The notes under the pieces are model-generated. The model saw nothing but the letters and a program-made list of their open reading frames with translations. It had not been told where the DNA came from and ran no database searches. A DNA stretch of 64,000 nt, taken from Candidatus Gottesmanbacteria bacterium RIFCSPLOWO2_01_FULL_43_11b. Its GTDB lineage: Bacteria; Patescibacteriota; Microgenomatia; UBA10105; UBA927. Positions 50,825 to 61,000 of the stretch are shown here, one piece after another. Position numbers and translations under genes: made by a program. The stretch's first letter is position 1; each line of letters begins with the position of its first letter. The stretch is from positions 300,049-364,048 of the forward strand of contig MFJV01000001.1 in assembly GCA_001780985.1 (NCBI GenBank). The letters run 5' to 3'.

Positions 50825-50852
50825 TTGACAAGAAAAAAAGAAGTTGTATACT
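50825..50852 (+). promoter_or_regulatory. Sigma70-type promoter: -35 TTGACA, 16-nt spacer, -10 TATACT
   Basis: ttgacaagaaaaaaagaagttgtatact, with an ATG 10 nt downstream of the -10 hexamer, implying a leaderless or near-leaderless transcript. Confidence 0.45.
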
Positions 50853-50862
50853 CTTTGCATAA

Positions 50863-51084
50863 ATGAGAACACCTTCAATTGAAGCTCCTCGAATATCTGT
50901 TGGCACCTGTAGTACTTGTTCTGTACCCAAAGACGGGGACTGTGCCTTAGCAAAATTACAGATTAAATTACAAAGAGTTCCTACTACCACTGATACAAAG
51001 GCTGCTCGAATTGACGTATCAGGCATTCCTGCGTTGTTCTGTCCAAATGGGTATACAAATTCATCGAACGACCGCATTTTTTAA
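50863..51084 (+). CDS. Small Cys-containing hypothetical protein (73 aa); alternatively the locus may encode a small RNA
   Basis: The ORF begins just after the promoter and ends at a T-run (gcatttttt). Contains CSTCS and CPNGY. No family recognised. Confidence 0.3.
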   Translation: MRTPSIEAPRISVGTCSTCSVPKDGDCALAKLQIKLQRVPTTTDTKAARIDVSGIPALFCPNGYTNSSNDRIF

Positions 51085-51119
51085 TATTCACAACCTCAAT
51101 TTCCCCGTAGAGAAATTTC

Positions 51120-52844
51120 TTGTATGATGAGTTCATGTCTTCAAAATTTTTGATCTCATTCCTCTTTGTCATTGCCTTTCTCCTCCGCCTTCTCCTTGTT
51201 CCCAATCCTGGTTTTGAGGCGGATGTATCATTCTGGAAGTCGTGGGGGCTTGCAACGAGAGATTTTGGCATTGTCGAGGGTATCAAGCAAACGAACAATA
51301 ACTACCCTACTCCCTTTGCCTACACATTGGGGCTCATGGTGAAGCTCTATAGTCTGTTTGCCGATCCGCATAATTTTAACGAATTTTGGCAAAATACCAA
51401 TCTCACGTTTTTAGCCATAAGTAAACTCTTTCCAATTCTTGCTGATCTGGGTATCGCGGCGATTATTTTATACATGGGCCAAAATACCCTCTCTTTGCTT
51501 TTGGCAGTTTTCTACTTATTCAATCCCGTTTCTTTAATTGATGGCGCCTGGTGGGGACAAGTTGACTCCCTCGGCGTATTTATATTTCTTATCGCACTTC
51601 TTCTGTCGCTCAAACGGCAGCCTTTTTGGGCTGGCGCTGTTTTCATGTTATCGATGATGACGAAATTACAGAACATGATTTACGGCCCACTTTTCTTCCT
51701 CTTCATCTGGCAATCTCTTGGATTTGACGGGTTAAGAAAAGCGATACTTGGTGCAACGGTTGGATTTTTTGGGTTGAATATTGAGTTCTTTTTGTCAAAA
51801 AATATGGACCGGGTGATCGCGTCATTAACGTCTAACTACGACTACTTCCCTTGGATGAGCCTCAATGCGTTTAACGTTTGGTGGATTGTTTCAGGAGGCC
51901 ATGGCATGCAGGTATCCGATAAACTACTGGCAATCGGGATTGTCAACGCCAAAACCGTTGGGCTTCTTATGTTTTCCAGCTTTTATCTTTTCGCATTAGT
52001 CCGACAACGGAAAAATCTGCAGAGTTTTTTGGAAAGTTTAATCATTGTCAATGCATCGTTTTTCCTGTTCATGACCGAATCCCATGACCGATATCTCTTC
52101 CCTACATCCGTATTTCTTCTTCTCTGGGCGCCATTTTATAAAAATTTCCGCGTGTTCTCTGTCTTTTATATTCTTTTTTCTCTCGTCTATTTCTACAACC
52201 TCCATAGCGCCCTCGTCTTTAACTACCCAAATAACGGTCTACCGGGGCTTTCCCAATTAATACAACCCACCGTAACAATCACCGCATCGGTCTTACTTAT
52301 CGCGCTATTTGTTATATTTCTTCTCTTTCTCACTCGTTATTCTCTTGCTGTCTTTGCTGTAATTGTTTTAGGAATCACTGCCCTCAACTTTCCTTTATAC
52401 GCCAAACAGCCTATGTCTTTAACAAAATTCACTCCCTACATTAGCACTCAGGATTTTGGTAGCAGGCAAACCAACAAATCAGTCAACAGCAGTTACGGCA
52501 TCAACAGTTGGAATCGTCTTTCCGTCCAGTACATGTTCTATAAGAAAGGCATAGGAACGCACACAAACTCCCGTCATGTCTTTGCTATAAACAGCAAATT
52601 TAAGCGTTTCTCAACTGATTTCGGCGTCGATACGGAATCAGGACCTCAGGCTTCCGTTATTTTTGAAATCTATGGGGACGACAAACTTCTCTTTCGATCC
52701 GAAACAATGAAAAAATACGATTATCCCCGTCATACGGAAGTCAATATCGAAGGGATTAAGTTTCTATCGCTTGTTACAACAGATGCGGGAGATGGAAATA
52801 TCGATGATCATACTGATTGGTTGAACCCAATGCTGTATCCATGA
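51120..52844 (+). CDS. Polytopic membrane glycosyltransferase-like protein with C-terminal NPCBM/NEW2 carbohydrate-binding domain
   Basis: N-terminal ~450 aa multi-TM. C-terminal GIGTHTNSRHVFAINSKFKRFSTDFGVDTESGPQASVIFEIYGDDKLLFRSETM...IEGIKFLSLVTTDAGDGNIDDHTDWLNPML matches the NPCBM pattern (GIG.HA.S...F.L......F...VG.DD.......V.F.V.GDG..L..S..M......V.V...L.L.V.DAGDG...DHADW). Confidence 0.7.
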   Translation: MYDEFMSSKFLISFLFVIAFLLRLLLVPNPGFEADVSFWKSWGLATRDFGIVEGIKQTNNNYPTPFAYTLGLMVKLYSLFADPHNFNEFWQNTNLTFLAISKLFPILADLGIAAIILYMGQNTLSLLLAVFYLFNPVSLIDGAWWGQVDSLGVFIFLIALLLSLKRQPFWAGAVFMLSMMTKLQNMIYGPLFFLFIWQSLGFDGLRKAILGATVGFFGLNIEFFLSKNMDRVIASLTSNYDYFPWMSLNAFNVWWIVSGGHGMQVSDKLLAIGIVNAKTVGLLMFSSFYLFALVRQRKNLQSFLESLIIVNASFFLFMTESHDRYLFPTSVFLLLWAPFYKNFRVFSVFYILFSLVYFYNLHSALVFNYPNNGLPGLSQLIQPTVTITASVLLIALFVIFLLFLTRYSLAVFAVIVLGITALNFPLYAKQPMSLTKFTPYISTQDFGSRQTNKSVNSSYGINSWNRLSVQYMFYKKGIGTHTNSRHVFAINSKFKRFSTDFGVDTESGPQASVIFEIYGDDKLLFRSETMKKYDYPRHTEVNIEGIKFLSLVTTDAGDGNIDDHTDWLNPMLYP

Positions 52845-55054
52845 AAGATAATAAACGAAAAGTGAGTCAAAATTTTTCGCGCGCAATCATCCGAGTCAGC
52901 GAGGGCGTGAGCACGAAAAAATTTTGGGCGAACTTTGTGGGATTCGCACTCCTTCTTTTTTCCATAGGCTTTAACCTGTGGATCTACCGCCTCGAACCCA
53001 CTGCAAAAGTAGATCCGAATGATAATCATTTTCAATTTGCATTAGTTGATCGGACGAACCAAATCTTTGATTTTGCACCTAAAAATTGTTCAAAAAAATT
53101 GTCATTTGTCATTTGTCATTTGTCATTTCTTATTGATCACTGGGTGCCCAATTGGGCTGAAGGCTATAACCTCCCCTACTACTATTCCCACATCCCTCAA
53201 ATTGCTATCGTCGCTTTCTGGCGTTCGTTACATATCGGATCTTTATTTCAGTTTTATCATTGGGTTATTTATTTTCTTCTCTCTCTATTTCCACTTTCTT
53301 TATTTCTTGCACTTCGTATCACAGGACTTTCCTGGATAACAGCCGGGGTCGGAGCATTAATAGGATCTCAAATCTCTACCGACGGCTTCTACGGCCTGGA
53401 TCCAGCTTCATTCCTCTGGCGCGGGTACGGGCTTTCAAGCCAACTCTTTGCCATGGTTTTCTTACCGCTTGCAATTGCATTTGCTCTACGAGGCAAAGTG
53501 ATTCCAACGATCCTCACACTTGCCGCTACCACCGCCGGACATCTTGGAATCGGTATTATTGCATTCATAAGTGTTGGTATTGTAGGATTCCGAAAAGTTT
53601 TGTGGATTTGGGTGGGCGCGGGACTGCTCCTTGCCTACTGGATTATTCCGGCATATCTTCACAATAATTACCATAATTTCTCTGTCTGGGATCCTATCTG
53701 GAAATTTGATTCGTATGGTGCAAAAGAGGTCATCACAAGACTCTTTAACGGCAACCTATTCGACTTCGGAAGATTCCCAATTTTGACAATACTTGTATTG
53801 GTGGGATTGTTTGTAAACCGAAATTTTGCCATTCTATTTATTTTTTGGGTGCTCATGTATTTCGGAAGAACAACGTGGGGGTCACTCATCGACCTTGTTC
53901 CCTTTTTGAAAGAATTTCACCAATCTCGCTTTATCGTCGGAATTCACCTAGCCGGATTGTTTCTTATTCCGATTGGTTTCCAATTTCTCTTTCAAAAATT
54001 AAAAAATATCTTTCTTGTTATCCCTATAATTATTTTATTTATTTTCATGATTTATCCCCAAACGACGCGCTATGCTAAACATAACGATTTTTTGATTAAC
54101 CGCGGCAATGCGGACTATCAAAAAGTGGAAGATGACGTGGATTCTTTATTCTTAAATCTTAAATCTTACCTCTCTGCCCGCCCGGGGAGGGTATTTGCAG
54201 GGAGAGGAGGATCTTGGGGACGTGATTTTCGCGTTGCTGAAACCCCCTATTACATGTTCCTTTCTACACATGGAATTTCAACAGTTTTATGGATGCCGGA
54301 AACATGGTCACCAAGCTCTGATACCGAACAGTTCTTCAGTGAAAATCAACCGAAAGATTACGTTCTATTTAATATTAGATACGTAGTAGCGCCACCCAAT
54401 CAACAACCGCAATCATTCTGGAAATTACTCAAAGAGTCACCCACCTGGAAACTCTATGAAGTTGAAACGGAAGGCTACATATCCTCCGGAGTTCGTCCGG
54501 CTATTGTCAGCAGTTCGAAAGAAAACTTTATTAATCTTGTCCACTTATGGATCCAATCAGACTATCACAAGCAAGGTCTTTACCCGCAGTTAATCTTTGA
54601 CAAAGACTATCCAAAAAATTACGGCCTGCCGAATTTCAGAATGCTCGACGAAGTTACCTATAAAGTTCCGGACGGAAGCACCCACAATCTCTTTTCCGAA
54701 GTTCCCAGTTATATGTTGTCAGTTGACAGTTATCAGTTACCAAAAATTCTTTCTCAGGAATCGGACTCTGATATGGTCTTTAAAGCCAAAGTTGAGGTCA
54801 AAGAAGACTGTAAAGAATGTATTGTCATCCTCAAGCAAACCTTCCACCCGTCCTGGCGTGCCACCATCGATGGTAAGCCTGTCGAACCCATCACCGCCTT
54901 CCCCTTCTTTACCGCGGTCAAACTGGAATCAGCGGGAACACACGAAGTCATCTTTTCCTACCAACCATCGGGGATCAAAATAGCGCTCCTTATCGTTTCC
55001 GTCATCAGTCTGGGCGCTCTCTTCGCCCTCACTTCTACTGGCCAGAACCAGTGA
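52841..55054 (+). CDS. Large polytopic membrane protein (putative GT-C-like) containing a heptamer tandem repeat
   Basis: ATGA overlap with the upstream gene (MKDNKRK start, trimmed from the track ORF 52817..55054). More than 12 TM helices and a C-terminal soluble domain. Its 3' end overlaps the convergent giant gene by 20 nt. Confidence 0.65.
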   Translation: MKDNKRKVSQNFSRAIIRVSEGVSTKKFWANFVGFALLLFSIGFNLWIYRLEPTAKVDPNDNHFQFALVDRTNQIFDFAPKNCSKKLSFVICHLSFLIDHWVPNWAEGYNLPYYYSHIPQIAIVAFWRSLHIGSLFQFYHWVIYFLLSLFPLSLFLALRITGLSWITAGVGALIGSQISTDGFYGLDPASFLWRGYGLSSQLFAMVFLPLAIAFALRGKVIPTILTLAATTAGHLGIGIIAFISVGIVGFRKVLWIWVGAGLLLAYWIIPAYLHNNYHNFSVWDPIWKFDSYGAKEVITRLFNGNLFDFGRFPILTILVLVGLFVNRNFAILFIFWVLMYFGRTTWGSLIDLVPFLKEFHQSRFIVGIHLAGLFLIPIGFQFLFQKLKNIFLVIPIIILFIFMIYPQTTRYAKHNDFLINRGNADYQKVEDDVDSLFLNLKSYLSARPGRVFAGRGGSWGRDFRVAETPYYMFLSTHGISTVLWMPETWSPSSDTEQFFSENQPKDYVLFNIRYVVAPPNQQPQSFWKLLKESPTWKLYEVETEGYISSGVRPAIVSSSKENFINLVHLWIQSDYHKQGLYPQLIFDKDYPKNYGLPNFRMLDEVTYKVPDGSTHNLFSEVPSYMLSVDSYQLPKILSQESDSDMVFKAKVEVKEDCKECIVILKQTFHPSWRATIDGKPVEPITAFPFFTAVKLESAGTHEVIFSYQPSGIKIALLIVSVISLGALFALTSTGQNQ
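53092..53126 (+). repeat. A7 homopolymer followed by (TTGTCAT)x4 heptanucleotide tandem repeat inside a coding sequence
   Basis: caaaaaaattgtcatttgtcatttgtcatttgtcatttc, encoding ...KKLSFVICHLSFL.... Confidence 0.8.
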
Positions 55055-58000
55055 GGCTTTCTATCCATTCAAGCTGCAAGAAAGTCCGAATCAGAATCGG
55101 CGGCTCGATATAGCCGATCCCCCATAATACCAATCCGATGCTCAGAACAGATAAGATCGCCGGAACAAGAAATTTGTAAAAAAAGCCGTTTACGTTTACT
55201 TCAAATATTGCTTCGAGCATTTTTTGATATCCTCGAAACCATGCATCAAGTTTCTGTTGTAACCGCAACATTCTTTCTGCTTGTCTTTTTTGATGCAATT
55301 CAATATTTGATATTCCTTCCATCCAATTACCTAATTTCACTCCAAGCTTATTAAGCATTGGTCTAATATGGGGGGCGACATAATGAGCTGCAATGAGTCC
55401 GAGAGCGGCTACCCCTTGCCCAAATAACATATCCGGGTATGGATGCCCACTATAATCATAAACGGAAGTCCCTGGCAGAAAACTCACTGTATAGGCTATA
55501 TAACCCAAGGAGTGTAATGCCTGTATTACCACAATTGTCCCTAAAGACGACCAAAAACTAACGTTATCCGGAATCTGCTTTCCTGTAATCTTCTTAAGAA
55601 CCTCGTTTGCTGCAAAAAACAACAGTCGAAGAGCAATAAACCCTACTGAAACTTCCAACATATCTCCAATATTACTCACCGCCCATGCGAGTGTTGGATT
55701 TGTAGACAACTGTTGAGCCTGGCTAAATGTCAGTCCATCTTCCCTTACAATCGCAGGATTTATTGGTAGCTGATAAGGCATATTCATTTCCACTGGATAT
55801 AACCTCATATAGCGAAAAAGCTCGAGCGTAATCATGGTGAGCCCAATCAAAAACTCAACAGCTCTTGTCGGGATCAAAATATTGTCTAGCAAAGTTGTTA
55901 TAAAATCGGACTTAATTTTATGGTTCTCGAGGATTTTGGAAACAACCGAGGATATTATCGAGACTTTTTCTTGCTCCGTAAATGGTGGTGCACGGTCCTG
56001 GTATTGGCGAGTGAATGCTTCTTCAACGATCGCAGTAACTGTTTCCCGTGCTACTCCCTCCTCCTTCCAGTTTACTTTTGCAAGCACATCAGCAAAATCC
56101 CGCTCAACGACGGCTTGAAGTTGGGTGATTTGGACTTGGAAATTCGGTTGTCGTGATTGTTTTTGGAACAAACCTTTCACCCTCTCCCACGTCCCCTGTA
56201 TGGCATCCCCGATTGCCAGCATCATTTCGGTAGTACGCGGATTGAAAGCATAGATGGATTCGGAAGAGGGTTTTGATACGGATTGCGTTTTCTTGGTTAT
56301 TACAACACCAACCGCAGGAGCACCCATCGATGTCATATGAAATTGACTCCTACTCATGTCAACTGCAAGATCTGTTCCAAGCAGGTATTTCTCATAACTT
56401 CTCGATGACAAAAATTGTGTTTTGTGAAGTTCTTGCGCTTCTGACAATATTTGTCGAAAATCACGTACCCACTGCAACTTCTTTCCTGTTTTTTTCTCTA
56501 GATATTCTTTTGCAACACCAATGGTAAAAATTCCTTTCAGCGGCTCTGCCGGTACAACTGCAATAAATTCGCCGTTTTCAGCAAGTACCTCATCAAGATT
56601 ATGGAAAAATGCCGATAATTCTGTTTCTGAAAGGTGCTCTAGCGTGTGAGATGCAAAGCCTAGGGTAATCTTTCTATCACCCAGAGTCGAAAGAAGCGGA
56701 TTCGTCGCTGACTCGGCAACATTGGCAGTGATAAAGCGAATGTCTTTTCCTTCACGATTAACGCGGGTTTGTGCTTCGGTAATAGAATTTACATTGATGT
56801 CAAACCCTATCAGACTGATATTTAAAGGCAATTTTACAGCCAGTCTGCTTGTCGGATTTGCAAGATCAAATAGGAAATCTCCTTTGTTGGTACCAAACTC
56901 CGCCACCACATCACCGGACGCAAGAGCTGAAAGTTTCCCCCTCTCCACCATCCATAACTCGCTTTTTCCCCAGGAGCCTGCTTTACTCTGGCCGGGGCGA
57001 CGAGATACTGCTACATCAGCATAATCGCTATCATAGTTAGGTGATTCAGTCGATGTCTCTAATGAAGAGGTTCCAGGGCGATAATCGGTTAAAATTTGAA
57101 GAAGCAATGGTTTAAGAGATTCGGGGTTATCGAAGTTCTTCTTGAGCTCTTCAACAAGAGGAGTGCCGAGACGAGCGAGACGATTCATTCCCCGTCGCTC
57201 GAACGGACTCAAATAGTGAGCAAGGAAATCCCAATCGCTATCTGTTGGATTTTGACTATAAAAATCACGAAGTGCAGTAACCGTTCCGCTCCAAACATCT
57301 TGTGCTAATTGTTGTTGAGCAATTGAGAGATTTACTTCATTGTCAGGATCTACTTCCAGTGAAGTGGTATTGGCTTTGAGCGTAAGATCTGTTTTTGCAA
57401 TGACAGAAATTACCGGTGCAATCGGCAAACTTTCACCGGTAAATGTGTAATGCCCTGACCCACCTGCGATAGCGGTTTTTATTGCGGCAATAATCTCATC
57501 CGTTATTTCGATGTTTCTCGGAAGTTCAATGTAGAAATCGCTCCCACTCGGTCGCCAAAAACCGATGTGTGTTTCTTTTCCGATAATATCTGCAATTGCC
57601 GGTACAGACCGATTCAAAATATATCGTAAGAAATCATTTCCGGAAGCATAACCATACTTGTCGTTAATCCATTTGAGTACTCCCGGAACTTCTATTCGTA
57701 ATAAGTTAAAATTCCCTCCTGATTGATTTTCATCTTCAAGGTGGCTAAGTAAATCGGTCCTATCATGGAAGACTTCAATATTGATGTTTTGTTGGATTCT
57801 TAATATATCGACGTCATTGGATAGTACCGGATCAAACAATATCTCTGAGAAGAACTGCAACAAACCCTGATCCCCTTGGACGCTATCAACAATGTCAACC
57901 ATTTCACGGTGATACGTTTTGAGCCTGTTTGCGAGAAGTCCGGCGGAAAGCACAGGTTGAAGTCCGACATCAACAGTATCTGGCACCTCGCGGGTTATGT

Positions 58001-61000
58001 GCACGGATGCAGGTCGATAGACAATGGCGTCCCCTTCTTTGTAAAGGCTTTTGACTTGGTTTGCGGCAGCCTGAACGCGACTAACCAACGCATCATCAAC
58101 TAAGCTTTGTGTGAGAATGCTGAATTCATCACCACCAGTTCGGACTACAATGTAGTCTTCTCCTAATTCTTTTTCAATTGCCGCAATGACGTCATAAATG
58201 AGGTAATCTCCCACAATATTCGAGGGCTGCCCGCCAACATCGTTTGCGCCGCGGATATTCGTGAAGTCAATCGTCAAGGCGTTGTAGCTATTACCAAGGA
58301 GATACCGAAGCACGAATGATCGGAAGACCGGGATAGCTGACCTGTTATTTTTATATTGGGCTTGAACTTCTTCTGTTATAGCAGGGTCTTGCGGCAAGAT
58401 GGCAGAGGGTAAAACTTTCTGGAAACCAGGATCGATTAATCGGCGCTTAATGAACGAGGTAATTTGATCTGCATTTGGGAGGACGCTGAGCTTATCAAAA
58501 TCAATAGAAAGGTTTTCCAGGACTTTTTCTGTCATAGCATCAACCGATGGTGGCGATCGACCGGTCGGCTGAGGAGTTTGCGGTGTCGCTGGAGGCAGAA
58601 GGCTCGGGAAGAATCGCCCGAGAAACTGCCGAATCGGCGCAATCCATCCTTCCCCTACTTTCTGCAATTCCAAAAGCGGCACGGAAAATTCATAGCGTCG
58701 GGTATTACTTCTTTCAATCCAGTCCTCTTTTGTCCCGACCTTTGCGTAATTCCAAAAGACATAACTATCGCTATATCCAAATTCTGCTGAATCACCACCT
58801 TCTGTTTCTATAATCCCGTCGACCCCAATTTCTCGCATAAAAGTCGTAAGCGCGAGATTCGATGGACTTCCTAACCACTGCAGATAGGAATACCCTTGAA
58901 TATACATTGTGCCAAGGAGATATCGAGGGTCAATTTCTGTAAGTTCACCTGACTCAATCCGGTTATAGATCGAATTCAACAAGCGAGTATATTCAGTTTC
59001 ATGATTGGTGTATAAAGCATGAGTCATTCCGGTTAATGATTTAATATGCTCTAAACGCTCTGGCTTGCGCCCAAACCACCAAGAAATGTACGCTTTCACA
59101 AGGGCCGGAGGAACTCTATTTCGGGCATCGAGTAGGGATGCTCGGTAAGGAATAACTGCAGTTACGAAACCTTCGCCCTCCCCTCGTGTTCTTCCGTATA
59201 ATTTTGCTTGCGTTTGATCATCTGTAGTGTATAGACCCACTCCAAGAGTCTGTCCTGCATCTGCATCGTCGTCTAATTCCTCGTCATAGTTTAAACGCAC
59301 TGAAAGCGGCTTTTTTGACCCGTGCCAAAGTACAATCTCGTCAGGCCGTGGAGAATTAATATCAACCGTCAGTGGATCTGTTTGCCCCAAAACAAGAAGG
59401 GGAACAGCTGCATCATTAATGACAATCTCGCTTACTGTGTTTGTGTTATCAAGTTTCTTTCGTATGGTAAAGGTTTTAAAATCAGGAACATTCGTAATAG
59501 GTGCAGTGGTACTCCCCGTGTCTACTCCCTTCTTGCCAAACAAAGATCTGACTCTATTTGCCGCCTCCGCCTTGATAACTCCCTCTAGCTCCCACAGCGC
59601 CTTCCACCAAAACCCAATAAACTCTCGAGTAAGCGAGCGAGATTTCGCTGGCCCCTGGAAATATTCTTCATATACGGCATCGTATGGCCTCAGCGTATCT
59701 CCCGGAAGAATACCTTGGTTTCGTAAACTCAACTCTTTTTCATAATCAGCATTGTGAGCCTGAATCAAACGTAATCTTGTCTGCCACAAATCTACTTTTC
59801 TCTGTGCAGTAGCAGTAAATGGTATAAGAGCTGGCTGAACCTTGACTGCCCCAGAGTTGCTTTGACCACTTGGGTAGTAGTACTCTATTACATTCTTTCC
59901 TATCGTACTTACAACTGGTCTGCCAGACATATACTCACTGTCACTTTGAAAAGAAGTCAAAACTACTACAACAACTATTTTGTCATTCGGCAGTTTCACT
60001 AAAGCAAAATCGTGCGCAACAAATATTTTATCGGCCGGACTGCGAATATTACCAATCATGTTTGCAACAGCATCTTGGTCAACACCTAGGTCAGTACCGC
60101 TTAGCGTCCATTCTGCATCGTCTATAGAAGACGGTGCGGACATGAAAGACCACAAAAGGTTGGTACTTTCATCTGAAAGTCCTAATCGGTCGGAGGCAAA
60201 AAGTTCCAAGAGTTCGCCGAGTGATTTTGCGGTTACTAATCTGGGAGATACGCTAATGTCTGTGATCCCCCAAGAGGAAAAATTATCCTTGAACGTATAT
60301 CCCTGATGAGATTCTACGAATTCTGTAAGAATTTGTGTGGCTTCTTCGTCGTGATTTACAACCATGGCTGATAGTAATTCACGAATATTTTTCGTACTAT
60401 TTTCTGGAATTGCCGCCATAGCTTCTTCAAAAGGCATTCTTTGATTGTCCACCCACCGCAAAACGCTCATGGCAATTGGTATTTTTACGGTAGAAGCAGC
60501 ATGCACCGGAATATCTTCATTTATTTTTATTGTTTTTGATATATTGTCGTCGAGTTCATACACATACACAGACACCAATCCATCTGTCTGAGAAACGGCA
60601 TCTTGAATAGTTGCCGTTAAAGACTGAAAAGCTTGTTGTTCTGCTATTTCTTGAGCATTTTCTACCTCGAGATTGGTTTCATAAATATCTGTTGAAACAA
60701 TATCTCGAACATATTGATAGTATGCAACTGAATCTTCAACATCTTTTTGTTCGTATGTCCATTCACCCTGTCTATATCGCCCATCCCACGTTGGCAAAGC
60801 TCCTTTACCAAGAAGCACGCTATATGTTTTGAGAAACGGTAAATCGACATCAAGTTTTGTATCGACAGGTAGGAAGGTTATACCCTGAATGCCGGCAGTC
60901 AGATGTGCTAGAAGACCGCTAAGCTCGTTGGCATAGCCTACTCGTCTTTTATCTTTCACTATCTGATCACGAACAAGCATTTCGTAGAGAATCCCCTGAT

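Noticed and set aside
50787-51119. tmRNA, 6S, SRP or RNase P RNA in the promoter-containing gap
   Set aside because: None of the hallmark motifs (tRNA-like acceptor/CCA end, GNRA-AGG domain IV, GGAAAGUCCGG P4) could be recognised by eye. Left as an unassigned transcript candidate.
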